From assembly GCA_040877955.1 (NCBI GenBank), contig JBBDMZ010000020.1, positions 13,849 through 77,848 of the forward strand: DNA of 64,000 nucleotides. The letters run 5' to 3'. Below, piece by piece: positions 19,607 to 27,633 of the stretch (positions are counted from its first letter, which is position 1; every line of letters begins with the position of its first letter). A program made the translations under genes and the position numbers. Under the pieces are notes generated by a model. The model searched no databases. It was given only the letters and a program-made list of their open reading frames with translations, and was not told the origin of the DNA. The stretch comes from Dehalococcoidia bacterium. Its GTDB lineage: Bacteria > Chloroflexota > Dehalococcoidia > Tepidiformales > Tepidiformaceae.

Positions 19607-20263
19607 ATGGAGGCAAGAGCCAGCAGTGATAGACTCACCGAAATGACAACCGCTGCCCGCAGTCTGGTGCCACTGGAGAACGGGGCCAGCTTTTCGTCCA
19701 CGCAGGAATTCATGGAGGCCTACGAGCGGACCGAAGCGTCGATGAAAGCCGAGCTCGTCGAAGGCATCGTCTACATTCGAGAGCGGCCCGACGCCATCCA
19801 CGGAGAGGCGTCGGCCGCGCTCGCCGGTTGGCTCGGTCAGCATGTCGTGGATCGTCCCCACTTGCGGCCAAGCCTGAACGCGACCGTGCTCCTGGACGAG
19901 AGGAACGTCGTCCAGCCGGATCTGCACATGCGGGTGCTGTCCAGCTCGCGCAACCGGCGCGCCGGACCGTACCTCGAAGGACCGCCCGAGTTAGTAGGCG
20001 AGGTGGCATTCAGCAGCGCCTCCATCGACCTGCACCAGAAGCTCGAGACGTACCGAACGCACGGCGTCCTGGAGTACATCGTCTGGCGCGTGTATGACGA
20101 CGCGATCGACTGGTTCTGGCTGAACGAGGGCGCGTACGAGCGCTTGCAGCCAGACCGACGCGGAGTCGTCGAGAGCAGGGTGTTCCCGGGCCTCAGGCTC
20201 GCCATCCCGGCGATGCTGAAGGGCGATCTCAAGGCCGTGCTGGCAGAACTCCAGCGGGGGTAG
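19607..20263 (+). CDS. Uma2 family (DUF820) restriction-endonuclease-like protein
   Basis: AELVEGIVY...QPDL...PELVGEV...D...K pattern typical of Uma2. Confidence 0.75.
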   Translation: MEARASSDRLTEMTTAARSLVPLENGASFSSTQEFMEAYERTEASMKAELVEGIVYIRERPDAIHGEASAALAGWLGQHVVDRPHLRPSLNATVLLDERNVVQPDLHMRVLSSSRNRRAGPYLEGPPELVGEVAFSSASIDLHQKLETYRTHGVLEYIVWRVYDDAIDWFWLNEGAYERLQPDRRGVVESRVFPGLRLAIPAMLKGDLKAVLAELQRG

Positions 20264-20315
20264 CGGCTCGGGGCCAACGGTCCACCCAACGCGGCGCATC
20301 CAATACACTCTCTCA

Positions 20316-21692
20316 ATGCAGCTGCACGACACACTCTCCGGACAAAAGAAGACCCTCAGGCCGGTTGGCGATGAAGTGCGGCTGTATGTCTGTGGCATCA
20401 CGCCCTATGCCGACTCGCACATCGGGCATGCGGTGCCGGCGATCGTGTTCGACGCGCTCCGGCGCTACCTGGAGTGGCAGGCGGACGGCAAGGAGAGCTT
20501 TCGCGTCCGCCACGTGACCAATTTCACGGACATCGACGACAAGCTGATCGACCGCGCGAACGCCCTCGGCATGAGCGTCCACGAACTCGCCGAGCGCCAC
20601 AGCGACCAGTACATGACCGCCATCGCAAAGATGAACGTGCTCCCCGCGACCGCGTATCCCCGCGCCACGGCGGAGATCCCGGGCATCGTCCGGCTGATCG
20701 AGGGGCTCATCGAAAAGGGCATCGCCTACGAGTCCGGGGGCGACGTCTACTACCGCGTGCGCAAGATGCCCGGCTACGGGAAGCTGTCACACCGCAAGAT
20801 CGACGACCTCCTCTCCGGCGCGCGCATCGACCCTACGGAGCTGAAGGAAGACCCGCTCGATTTCGCCCTGTGGAAGACGCAGAAGCCGGGCGAGCCCGCG
20901 TGGGAGAGCCCCTGGGGGCAGGGGCGGCCGGGGTGGCACATCGAATGCTCGGCGATGGCGCTCGGGCACCTCGGCGAGCAGATCGACATCCACGGGGGTG
21001 GCGCCGACCTCATCTTCCCGCACCATGAGAATGAGATCGCCCAGACCGAAGCCTTCACCGGCAAGCCCTTCGCCGACATCTGGATGCACAACGCGCTCCT
21101 GCAGATGGGCGCGGAGAAGATGTCGAAATCGCTCGGCAACATCATCAAGCTGGACGACGCACTCGATCGGTTCGGGTCGGACGCGGTGCGGTTGTTCATC
21201 CTCCAGAGCCACTACCGCACGCCGCTCACGTACTCCGAGGACGCGCTGGAAGCGGCGGGCGTGGGAGCGGAGCGGTTGCGGTCGGCGGCGTGCGCGAGCG
21301 GGCCAAGGCGGGACGACGCCGGGCCGCCACCAGACCCCGAGCCGTTCCGCGAGCGCTTCGTGGCCGCGATGGAGGACGACCTGGGCACCGCCCAGGCGAT
21401 CGCCGTGCTCCACGAGCTGGCGCGCGAGGTGAACCGCGCCCGCGACGAGGGCCGCGACTACGTGCCCGCGCAGCAGTGCCTGCGGGAGCTGGCCGGCGTC
21501 ATCGGCCTGACGCTCAAGGCGCCGGAATCGAAGGTGCGGGAAGCGAAGCCGTTCGTGGACCTGCTCGTCTCGCTGCGCGGCGAGCTGCGCGCGGCGAAGC
21601 AGTTCGCCCTCGCCGACCGCGTCCGGGACGGCCTCCTCGAGCTGGGCGTCGAGCTCCGCGACGGACCCGACGGCACGACATGGAGCGCGTAG
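20316..21692 (+). CDS. cysS: cysteine--tRNA ligase
   Basis: HIGHAV (HIGH) and KMSKS motifs; 458 aa. Confidence 0.97.
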   Translation: MQLHDTLSGQKKTLRPVGDEVRLYVCGITPYADSHIGHAVPAIVFDALRRYLEWQADGKESFRVRHVTNFTDIDDKLIDRANALGMSVHELAERHSDQYMTAIAKMNVLPATAYPRATAEIPGIVRLIEGLIEKGIAYESGGDVYYRVRKMPGYGKLSHRKIDDLLSGARIDPTELKEDPLDFALWKTQKPGEPAWESPWGQGRPGWHIECSAMALGHLGEQIDIHGGGADLIFPHHENEIAQTEAFTGKPFADIWMHNALLQMGAEKMSKSLGNIIKLDDALDRFGSDAVRLFILQSHYRTPLTYSEDALEAAGVGAERLRSAACASGPRRDDAGPPPDPEPFRERFVAAMEDDLGTAQAIAVLHELAREVNRARDEGRDYVPAQQCLRELAGVIGLTLKAPESKVREAKPFVDLLVSLRGELRAAKQFALADRVRDGLLELGVELRDGPDGTTWSA

Positions 21693-21811
21693 GAGTCGCG
21701 GCCCTCCGTGGCCGCTGGCGGAGCCGAACAAACGGAGGAGTCCCGGCCCTCCGTGGCCGCTGCGCGTAGCAGAACCATCGCAGGAGTCGCGGCCCTCCGT
21801 GGCCGCTGCGC
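21691..21811 (+). repeat. three direct copies of REP family A (GGAGTCGCGGCCCTCCGTGGCCGCTG)
   Basis: copies at 21691-21717, 21735-21766, 21782-21811, between the cysS stop and the 3' end of the RAYT gene. Confidence 0.8.
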
Positions 21812-21817
21812 GTCCTA

Positions 21818-22369
21818 CTAATCGTCCCACAGCCGCGACCAGGTCCACGGCCAATCAAGCGCATCCTCCACGAAGCCCGCAGTCACGGGGTTCCGCACGA
21901 TGTAGTCGTGAACGGCGGAGAACTGGCCGTCGCCCACGATCGTTGTGTCCCACATTCCGGGCTGCCAAATGCCACCCTTGAGCCCATGCTTCCACCCCAG
22001 CCGCGTGGTCCACGACTTCCACTCGTTCAAGAACTCGATGATGTCGAGGCGATTCCGGCGAACGAGAAGGTGCACGTGATCGGGCATCAAGCATGCGGCG
22101 ACGAGCTCGATACGATCCGCCGTCCGAATGCTCTCCCAGAGCGCGGCGCAGAGCGATTCGGGCCAACGCGCAGCTGGATGAGCGTCGATGGTCAGGTGGA
22201 ACGCCACGTTCCACTCGCGGTAGGCGTCTCGCTCCAGGCGGATCCGCTTCGCGAACGGGAGGCCGCCGCCCTTGGGGCGGCGCTGCGGAACGGGATCCGG
22301 CGGTGACACAGGGAGATTGTACGCACGCGCAGCGGCCACGGAGGGCCGCGACTCCTTGTGCAGGGGCAT
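21818..22369 (-). CDS. REP-associated tyrosine transposase (RAYT, IS200-like Y1/HUH); true start may be GTG 22309
   Basis: HUH motif PDHVHLL and Y-motif HDYIVRNPVTAGFV; flanked by family A REPs in inverted orientation. Confidence 0.8.
   Translation of the reverse strand: MPLHKESRPSVAAARAYNLPVSPPDPVPQRRPKGGGLPFAKRIRLERDAYREWNVAFHLTIDAHPAARWPESLCAALWESIRTADRIELVAACLMPDHVHLLVRRNRLDIIEFLNEWKSWTTRLGWKHGLKGGIWQPGMWDTTIVGDGQFSAVHDYIVRNPVTAGFVEDALDWPWTWSRLWDD
22326..22356 (-). repeat. REP family A, inverted copy on the 5' side of the RAYT gene
   Basis: cgcgcagcggccacggagggccgcgactcct is the reverse complement of the 21691-21811 units. Confidence 0.75.
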
Positions 22370-22419
22370 GGCCGTTCCTGTATTGTGATTCCCGTCACGA
22401 ATGCACCGGGGAGGGCACC

Positions 22420-23970
22420 ATGACCGCAGGCACGATCGTCGTTGGGGAGCACACTCGCGAGGAAATCTTCGATTCGCTGGACGCCATCGATGAGGTGGCC
22501 GTCTGCACGCGGGCGGGGGACCGGCTGCGCGCGCGCATGATGCACTTCGCCGCCGACGGCGAGTTCAACTTCTACCTCGCGTCCATGAAAGGCGACCCCA
22601 AGACGCTCCAGATCACCGCCGACCCGACCACGTCGCTGCTCGTCCTCGACCGGCGCACGGAGCAGAACGGCTGGCGCGAGATCGAGGTCACCGGGCGGGC
22701 GGCGATTGTCACCGACGCGGCCGAGCGGCAGAAGGCGCTGGAGATGGTCTCGGGGCCGTCGCCCATCGTGTCGCACCTCCGGTCCATTGGGCAGGAGGGC
22801 ATCCTCGACTTCATCCGCGTGACCCCGCTGGAGTTGAAGATGCGCATCTTCGGGGAGATCGTCGCGGGCATGCCGCCGACGGTGCTCGAATTCGAAGAGC
22901 ACGCAAAGGCCGTGAGCGACACCGGCGAGGTACGCAAGAAGCTGCGCAACTGGCGCGAGGGCGTGCGCACCATCTCCTTGCTCGCGAGCGTCGTGCCCGT
23001 GACGGTCGGGCTCGCGGTGGCGTGGAACATGAGCGACTCCTTCCGCTGGCTGGCGGCCGTGCTGACGATGATTGGCGCGGTCGCCATCCAGGCGGGGACC
23101 AACGCCCTCAACGACTACTTCGACCATCGCGCGGGCAACGATGCGGCCAACCGCGAGTTCGTACGCCCCTTCAGCGGTGGCAGCCGCATGATCCAGCTCG
23201 GGCTGATGACCCCGGTCGAGACGCTGCTCCTCGGCGCCGGGTTGTGCACGATCTCCGTCGTGGTCGGACTCCTGCTCGCGGTCGATGGGCGGCCGTGGGT
23301 GCTCGCCTTTGGGGCGGCGGGCCTGCTTAGCGGCATCTTCTACACGGCGCCACCGTTCCGCTGGGCGGCGAAGGGTGTGGGCGAGCTGCTCGTCGCGCTG
23401 AACTACGGCTTCCTCATGGTGACAGGCGCCTACTACGTGCAGACGGGCGAGATCACGGGTGCGGCCGCGTACGCTTCGCTGCCGGTGGCGGCGCTCATCG
23501 CGCTCGTGCTCTACGTGAACCAGTTCCCTGACTACAACGCCGACCTGCGCACCGGGAAACGCACACTCGTCGTGCGGTTGGGACGGCCAGCGGCGGCGAA
23601 GCTCTACGTTCTGTTCGCGGCGTTGCCCGTCGTGGCCGTCGCGGCGCTGGTGACGACCGGCGAGGCACCTGTGCCGACGCTCGCCGCCCTCGCGGCGACG
23701 CCCTTGCTCGTGCAGGCCTCACTCATCGTACTCAAGCACCCGGAATCGCCGTCCGACATGGCGCCGGCGAACGCGCTCACCGCGATCGCCCACCTCACCG
23801 GTGGCCTGTTGTTCGCACTCGGTTACGCCTGGGACGAACTCGGCCGCGACGGCCTCCCCTTGGCCATCGCACTCGGCGCCATTGGCGTCGGCTACATCTC
23901 CTACATGTACCGCTCGGTGGAACGCCAGCGGCAGGCCTTCGCGGGCGTCAAGCAAGTGATGGGCCGCTAG
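22420..23970 (+). CDS. fusion protein: PNPOx/FMN-binding split-barrel-like N-domain plus UbiA/MenA-type prenyltransferase
   Basis: MTAGT start after GGGGAGGG; N-domain AVCTRAGDRLRARMMHF...FYLASMKGDPK; C-domain NALNDYFDHRAGND (NxxxDxxxD) and about 8 TM helices. Confidence 0.8.
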   Translation: MTAGTIVVGEHTREEIFDSLDAIDEVAVCTRAGDRLRARMMHFAADGEFNFYLASMKGDPKTLQITADPTTSLLVLDRRTEQNGWREIEVTGRAAIVTDAAERQKALEMVSGPSPIVSHLRSIGQEGILDFIRVTPLELKMRIFGEIVAGMPPTVLEFEEHAKAVSDTGEVRKKLRNWREGVRTISLLASVVPVTVGLAVAWNMSDSFRWLAAVLTMIGAVAIQAGTNALNDYFDHRAGNDAANREFVRPFSGGSRMIQLGLMTPVETLLLGAGLCTISVVVGLLLAVDGRPWVLAFGAAGLLSGIFYTAPPFRWAAKGVGELLVALNYGFLMVTGAYYVQTGEITGAAAYASLPVAALIALVLYVNQFPDYNADLRTGKRTLVVRLGRPAAAKLYVLFAALPVVAVAALVTTGEAPVPTLAALAATPLLVQASLIVLKHPESPSDMAPANALTAIAHLTGGLLFALGYAWDELGRDGLPLAIALGAIGVGYISYMYRSVERQRQAFAGVKQVMGR

Positions 23971-24033
23971 GACTCGCGGCCCTCTGGAAGTCACGCGGGA
24001 TCGCAGGAGTCGCGGCCCTTCGTGGCCGCTGGG
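23969..24033 (+). repeat. REP family A, one degenerate and one good copy
   Basis: aggactcgcggccctctgg (23969-23987) and caggagtcgcggcccttcgtggccgctggg (24004-24033). Confidence 0.7.
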
Positions 24034-24040
24034 CCTACCA

Positions 24041-24360
24041 CTACGCTTCCCACAACCGCGACCACGTCCATGGCCAGTCCAGCGGGTCGTCCGCGAATGC
24101 GGCCGCGACCGGATTCCCCGACGATGTCCTCACGCCCCGCGGAGAAGTGCCGGTCGCCCACACTCGTCGTGTCCCACATGCCCGGCTGCCAGATGCCACC
24201 CCGCAGCCCCGTGCCTCCAGCCGAGACGGGTGGTCCACGACTTCCACTCGTTCAGGAACACAATGATGTCGAGGCGATTCCGCCGCACGAGCAGATGGAT
24301 GTGGTCCGGCATAAGGGAGGCCGCCCCCTTTTCGCCGCGGTTTGGGAGGCTCGGTGGTCG
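24041..24360 (-). pseudogene. decayed RAYT copy (internal deletion and at least two frameshifts)
   Basis: LMPDHIHLLVRRNRLDIIVFLNEWKSWTTRLGWRHG, then MWDTTSVGDRHFS, then NPVAAAFADDPLDWPWTWSRLWEA lie in three different frames; about 55 N-terminal residues are missing relative to 21818-22369. Confidence 0.75.
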
Positions 24361-24380
24361 ACACGGCGGCATTGCGCGTC

Positions 24381-24411
24381 CGCGCAGCGGCCACGGAGGG
24401 CCGCGACTCCT
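24381..24411 (-). repeat. REP family A, inverted copy on the 5' side of the RAYT pseudogene
   Basis: cgcgcagcggccacggagggccgcgactcct, identical to 22326-22356. Confidence 0.75.
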
Positions 24412-24709
24412 AACGTCCTTTGTAGGTGACGCGGAGGGCGCCGAAGGTTGCGACGCAGAAGGGGACGCAGTAGGTGAGCGGGATCTTCCACCAGAGATCG
24501 TTGGGGAAGCGGCCGTCGAGGAGGACGTTGCCCTGGTTGATGGCGATGAGGACCGTGCCCACAACCACGGCGGTCATGAGCGAGACGCGGAGGACCGGTG
24601 CGTAGAAGACCGCGTGGAGCAGGCACTTCCGGCCCGGCTTCCCGCCGCGCTGGATGTCGAATCGCCACCTCGGGCGGTGGGAAGACGCACAATCGTTCAC
24701 GCTGCGCAC
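24410..24709 (-). CDS. small membrane protein, NrtS-like (tentative; start uncertain)
   Basis: LRVSLMTAVVVGTVLIAINQGNVLL...KIPLTYCVPFCVATFGAL resembles the NrtS family from memory. Confidence 0.5.
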   Translation of the reverse strand: MRSVNDCASSHRPRWRFDIQRGGKPGRKCLLHAVFYAPVLRVSLMTAVVVGTVLIAINQGNVLLDGRFPNDLWWKIPLTYCVPFCVATFGALRVTYKGR

Positions 24710-24891
24710 GATAGCCCCAGGCGCGCCGGCGCGCGCGCATCAGGCGGCGCGAGGGCCGCGGACGACGAGACGGCGGCGGCCGGATTCCTTGGCCTGGTAG
24801 AGCGCGAGGTCCGCTTCCTCGTATGTGGCCTGGAGGGCATCGCGGACGGAGGTACGGCCGGCCCGCCACGGCGCCAGCCCGCCGCTGAGGG

Positions 24892-27546
24892 TCACCTCCA
24901 ACTCTCCGCCGGAGGGGAGCGAGATGGGCGTGGACGCAATCGCGTCGATTGCCCGCTCACAGGCCCCCGCGCCTGGTGGAAGGGCACGCGGAAGACGGCC
25001 GCGAACTCTTCGCCCCCGATGCGGCCAAGCAGGCCCACCGGCTCCACCTCCGCCGCCAGCCGCGCCGCCACGGCCTGCAGGACGCTATCCCCGGCAGGAT
25101 GGCCGTGGCTGTCGTTGATCCGCTTGAAGTAGTCGATATCGAAGATCGCGACGGCGGCGTGCCGGGACTTCTCCGCGTCGGCGAACCATGCCCGGCGGTT
25201 GCGGACGCCGGTGAGCATGTCGTAGTTGGCGAGGTGCTCGGCCGCGATGCGCAGCCGGTCGAGCTCGGCCGCCTGTTCCCCGAGGGCTATCGCGTTTTCT
25301 TCGAGGGCCTCCATCAGGAGGGCCTGTTCCTGCTCCGCCTCCACCTGGGCGCTGATGTCGCGCGCGACGGTGTAGGTGAGACCGTTCTGCACCGGTGTCA
25401 CATTCCACGACATCCAGCGCTGGGAGCCGTCGGCGCAGAGCATGCGCGCGCGCAGGTCGACCACCGCCTCACCCTGCTCTGTGCGGAGGGCTTCGCGGAT
25501 GGCCATGGGGCGGTCCTCCGGGTGAACGAGGAGGAACACGTTCGTGCCGACCAGCTCCTCGTCGTGGTAGCCGAGGATGCGCTCCCAGGCGGGGTTGACG
25601 CGCCGAATCTCACCGTCGGAGGCGATCACGGCCATCATGTCAATGGAGAGGTCGAGGATGCGGTCCCGCTCTTCGGTGATGCGCCGGGTGTCGGTGATGT
25701 CCTGGGCGAGGGAGGCGACGCCAATCACCATCCCCGTGTCGTCCACGAGCGGGGTGTTGAACCACTCGCAGAGGATGACGCGGCCATCCTTCGTGACGTT
25801 CTCGGTGACGTGGTAGACAGGCTCGGAACTGGAGAGGAGCAGGGCCCACCCGGCATCGATGTCCTCGCGAGATTCCTGCGTGACCACGAGGTCGGTGGCG
25901 TGGCGGCCATGTGCCTCGTCGCGCGTCCAGCCAAACATGCGCTCCGCGGCAGGGTTCCACTCGGCCACGCAGAAGTCCGGGTCCCACTGGACGACGGCGA
26001 GCGGCGCATTGCGGATGTGCAGCTCGAGGCGCTGCTCGGTGCGGCGGCGCTCGGTGATGTCCGTGAGCATGCCCAGTGCTCCCCGCGAGCCATCGGGCCG
26101 ATCGATGGGGGAAACGGAGACCATCGCCCAAAGGATCGAGCCGTCTTTGCGGACGTACTGCGCCTCGTAGCGTTCGGCGCGGCCCGCCCGCCAGCCGTCC
26201 GGGCGCACCTGGCGGCGCTCTTCCAGCGAGGCGGGCGCGACGAAGTCGTCGGAGGGGCGCCCGATCATCTCCTCCAGGCTGTAGCCGAACATCTCGGCCA
26301 GGCTGAGGTTGGCGAAGCTGATGGCGCCGTCTGGTTCCAGGAGGCAGATGCCTTCGTGCGCGGTTTCGAGGATGCGGCGGTAGCGCTGTTCGCTTTCGCG
26401 CAGGTCCCGCTCGGCGGCCATCCGCGCACTAATGTCGCGGACCGTGCCATTCGTGCCGATGGGGATGCGATTGGCGTCGAGCACGAGCTTGCAGTTAATG
26501 GAGACATCCACGGTCCCGGTGGCCGTGTGGAACTCAGCTTCGAAGTCCTGCACGGGCCGCCCGCCCTGGAGGATGGAGACGAGGTCGTCGTGACGGGCGG
26601 GGTCGACGTACAGGTCGCGTGTGGGCTTGCCCAGCATCGCTCCCGTGTCCCAGCCGTAAAGGCGCTCCGCCGCCGGGCTTTGAAAGGTGAGCGCGTCGTC
26701 GAGGCTGCACTCGAAATAGACATCCTGGAGCGACTCGAGCATTCCCCGCCAGCGCTCGTCGGACTCGCGCTGCGCGGCTAGCATGGCCCGGCGGGCGCTG
26801 ACATCGCGCACCGCGGTGACGCGGAAGGAGCGATCCCCTTCGGTCCATGAACGCCCCTGGACCTCGACCCAGAGCCTCGTGCCGTCCTTGCGCAAGACCT
26901 CGAGTTCCATCGGCGGCGCTTCGGCCATGGCCGCGCGCTCGGCAATGAGCGGCAGGTACTCGGGCGCCACGAAGCTCAGGATGTCGAGCCCGGCGGCCTC
27001 TCCGAGGGCATAGCCGAAGATGTACGTGGCCGCGACGTTGGCATCGACGATGCGTCCATCCTCGGTGATGACAATGGCCTCGAAGGCGGACTCCGCCAGC
27101 CGGCGCGTGCGTTCTTCCGCCTGCCGGCGCGCCGCCTCGGCCTCCTCGGCCGCGGTGAGGTCCCGGATGATGCCCATCACGGAGCCCAGTTGCCCGGCCT
27201 CGTCGCGGAGGAGGCAGACGGTGAGCTCGCCGGTGAACACCTCGCCCGAGGCGCGCCGGAACCACGCGGAGCTGGTGACCTGGCCGTCCGCGGCATGCTT
27301 CCCGATCTCCGCGCTGACCCGCTCGAACTCCGTCTCGCTCGCATAGAAGATCTGGGCCGCGGAGCCTGCGACGGCCTCATGGGTGTAGCCAAACATGTGC
27401 GCGAATGCCGGGTTCACGGCAACCACGCGGAACTCGCCGTCGACCACGACGATCGCGTCGCTGAGGCTCGCGAAGAGCGAGCGGTAGAGCGCGGAGTCAC
27501 CGGGACCGGCCGCGGACGAGGGGTGATCGGCGGATTGCTCGTGCAT
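24892..27546 (-). CDS. multi-PAS diguanylate cyclase (GGDEF); the C-terminal 80 aa continue in another frame to 24740
   Basis: about 6 PAS/PAC units (RDITERR-type ends), GGDEF domain with RNRRAW...DIDYFKRINDSHGH...GRIGGEEF; ATG 27546 chosen (GTG 27591 possible). Confidence 0.85.
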   Translation of the reverse strand: MHEQSADHPSSAAGPGDSALYRSLFASLSDAIVVVDGEFRVVAVNPAFAHMFGYTHEAVAGSAAQIFYASETEFERVSAEIGKHAADGQVTSSAWFRRASGEVFTGELTVCLLRDEAGQLGSVMGIIRDLTAAEEAEAARRQAEERTRRLAESAFEAIVITEDGRIVDANVAATYIFGYALGEAAGLDILSFVAPEYLPLIAERAAMAEAPPMELEVLRKDGTRLWVEVQGRSWTEGDRSFRVTAVRDVSARRAMLAAQRESDERWRGMLESLQDVYFECSLDDALTFQSPAAERLYGWDTGAMLGKPTRDLYVDPARHDDLVSILQGGRPVQDFEAEFHTATGTVDVSINCKLVLDANRIPIGTNGTVRDISARMAAERDLRESEQRYRRILETAHEGICLLEPDGAISFANLSLAEMFGYSLEEMIGRPSDDFVAPASLEERRQVRPDGWRAGRAERYEAQYVRKDGSILWAMVSVSPIDRPDGSRGALGMLTDITERRRTEQRLELHIRNAPLAVVQWDPDFCVAEWNPAAERMFGWTRDEAHGRHATDLVVTQESREDIDAGWALLLSSSEPVYHVTENVTKDGRVILCEWFNTPLVDDTGMVIGVASLAQDITDTRRITEERDRILDLSIDMMAVIASDGEIRRVNPAWERILGYHDEELVGTNVFLLVHPEDRPMAIREALRTEQGEAVVDLRARMLCADGSQRWMSWNVTPVQNGLTYTVARDISAQVEAEQEQALLMEALEENAIALGEQAAELDRLRIAAEHLANYDMLTGVRNRRAWFADAEKSRHAAVAIFDIDYFKRINDSHGHPAGDSVLQAVAARLAAEVEPVGLLGRIGGEEFAAVFRVPFHQARGPVSGQSTRLRPRPSRSPPAESWR

Positions 27547-27633
27547 CGCTTCGTCATCATCGGCACGTTGGGGTGGGCGTTTGAGTGCCACGCTGCCCTT
27601 TCCGCTCGCGGGGCCCCCTGACACGTTCGGGAG

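Noticed and set aside
21691-21811. Three repeats at a 44-46-nt period could be read as a mini CRISPR array
   Set aside because: There are only three units, and the units are palindromic. The spacers are 14-18 nt, inverted copies lie on the other side of an HUH/Y1 gene, and no cas genes are present. This is REP/RAYT architecture.
22093-22419. Long N-terminal extensions in the ORF track. The same applies to 11004-11618, 39528-39869, 45453-45878, 60293-60853, 32076-32849, 5546-5719, 17504-17629 and 38297-38398.
   Set aside because: The extensions overlap neighbouring genes or REP elements and have no protein-like sequence. Internal starts with SD sequences match the expected N-termini of the families.
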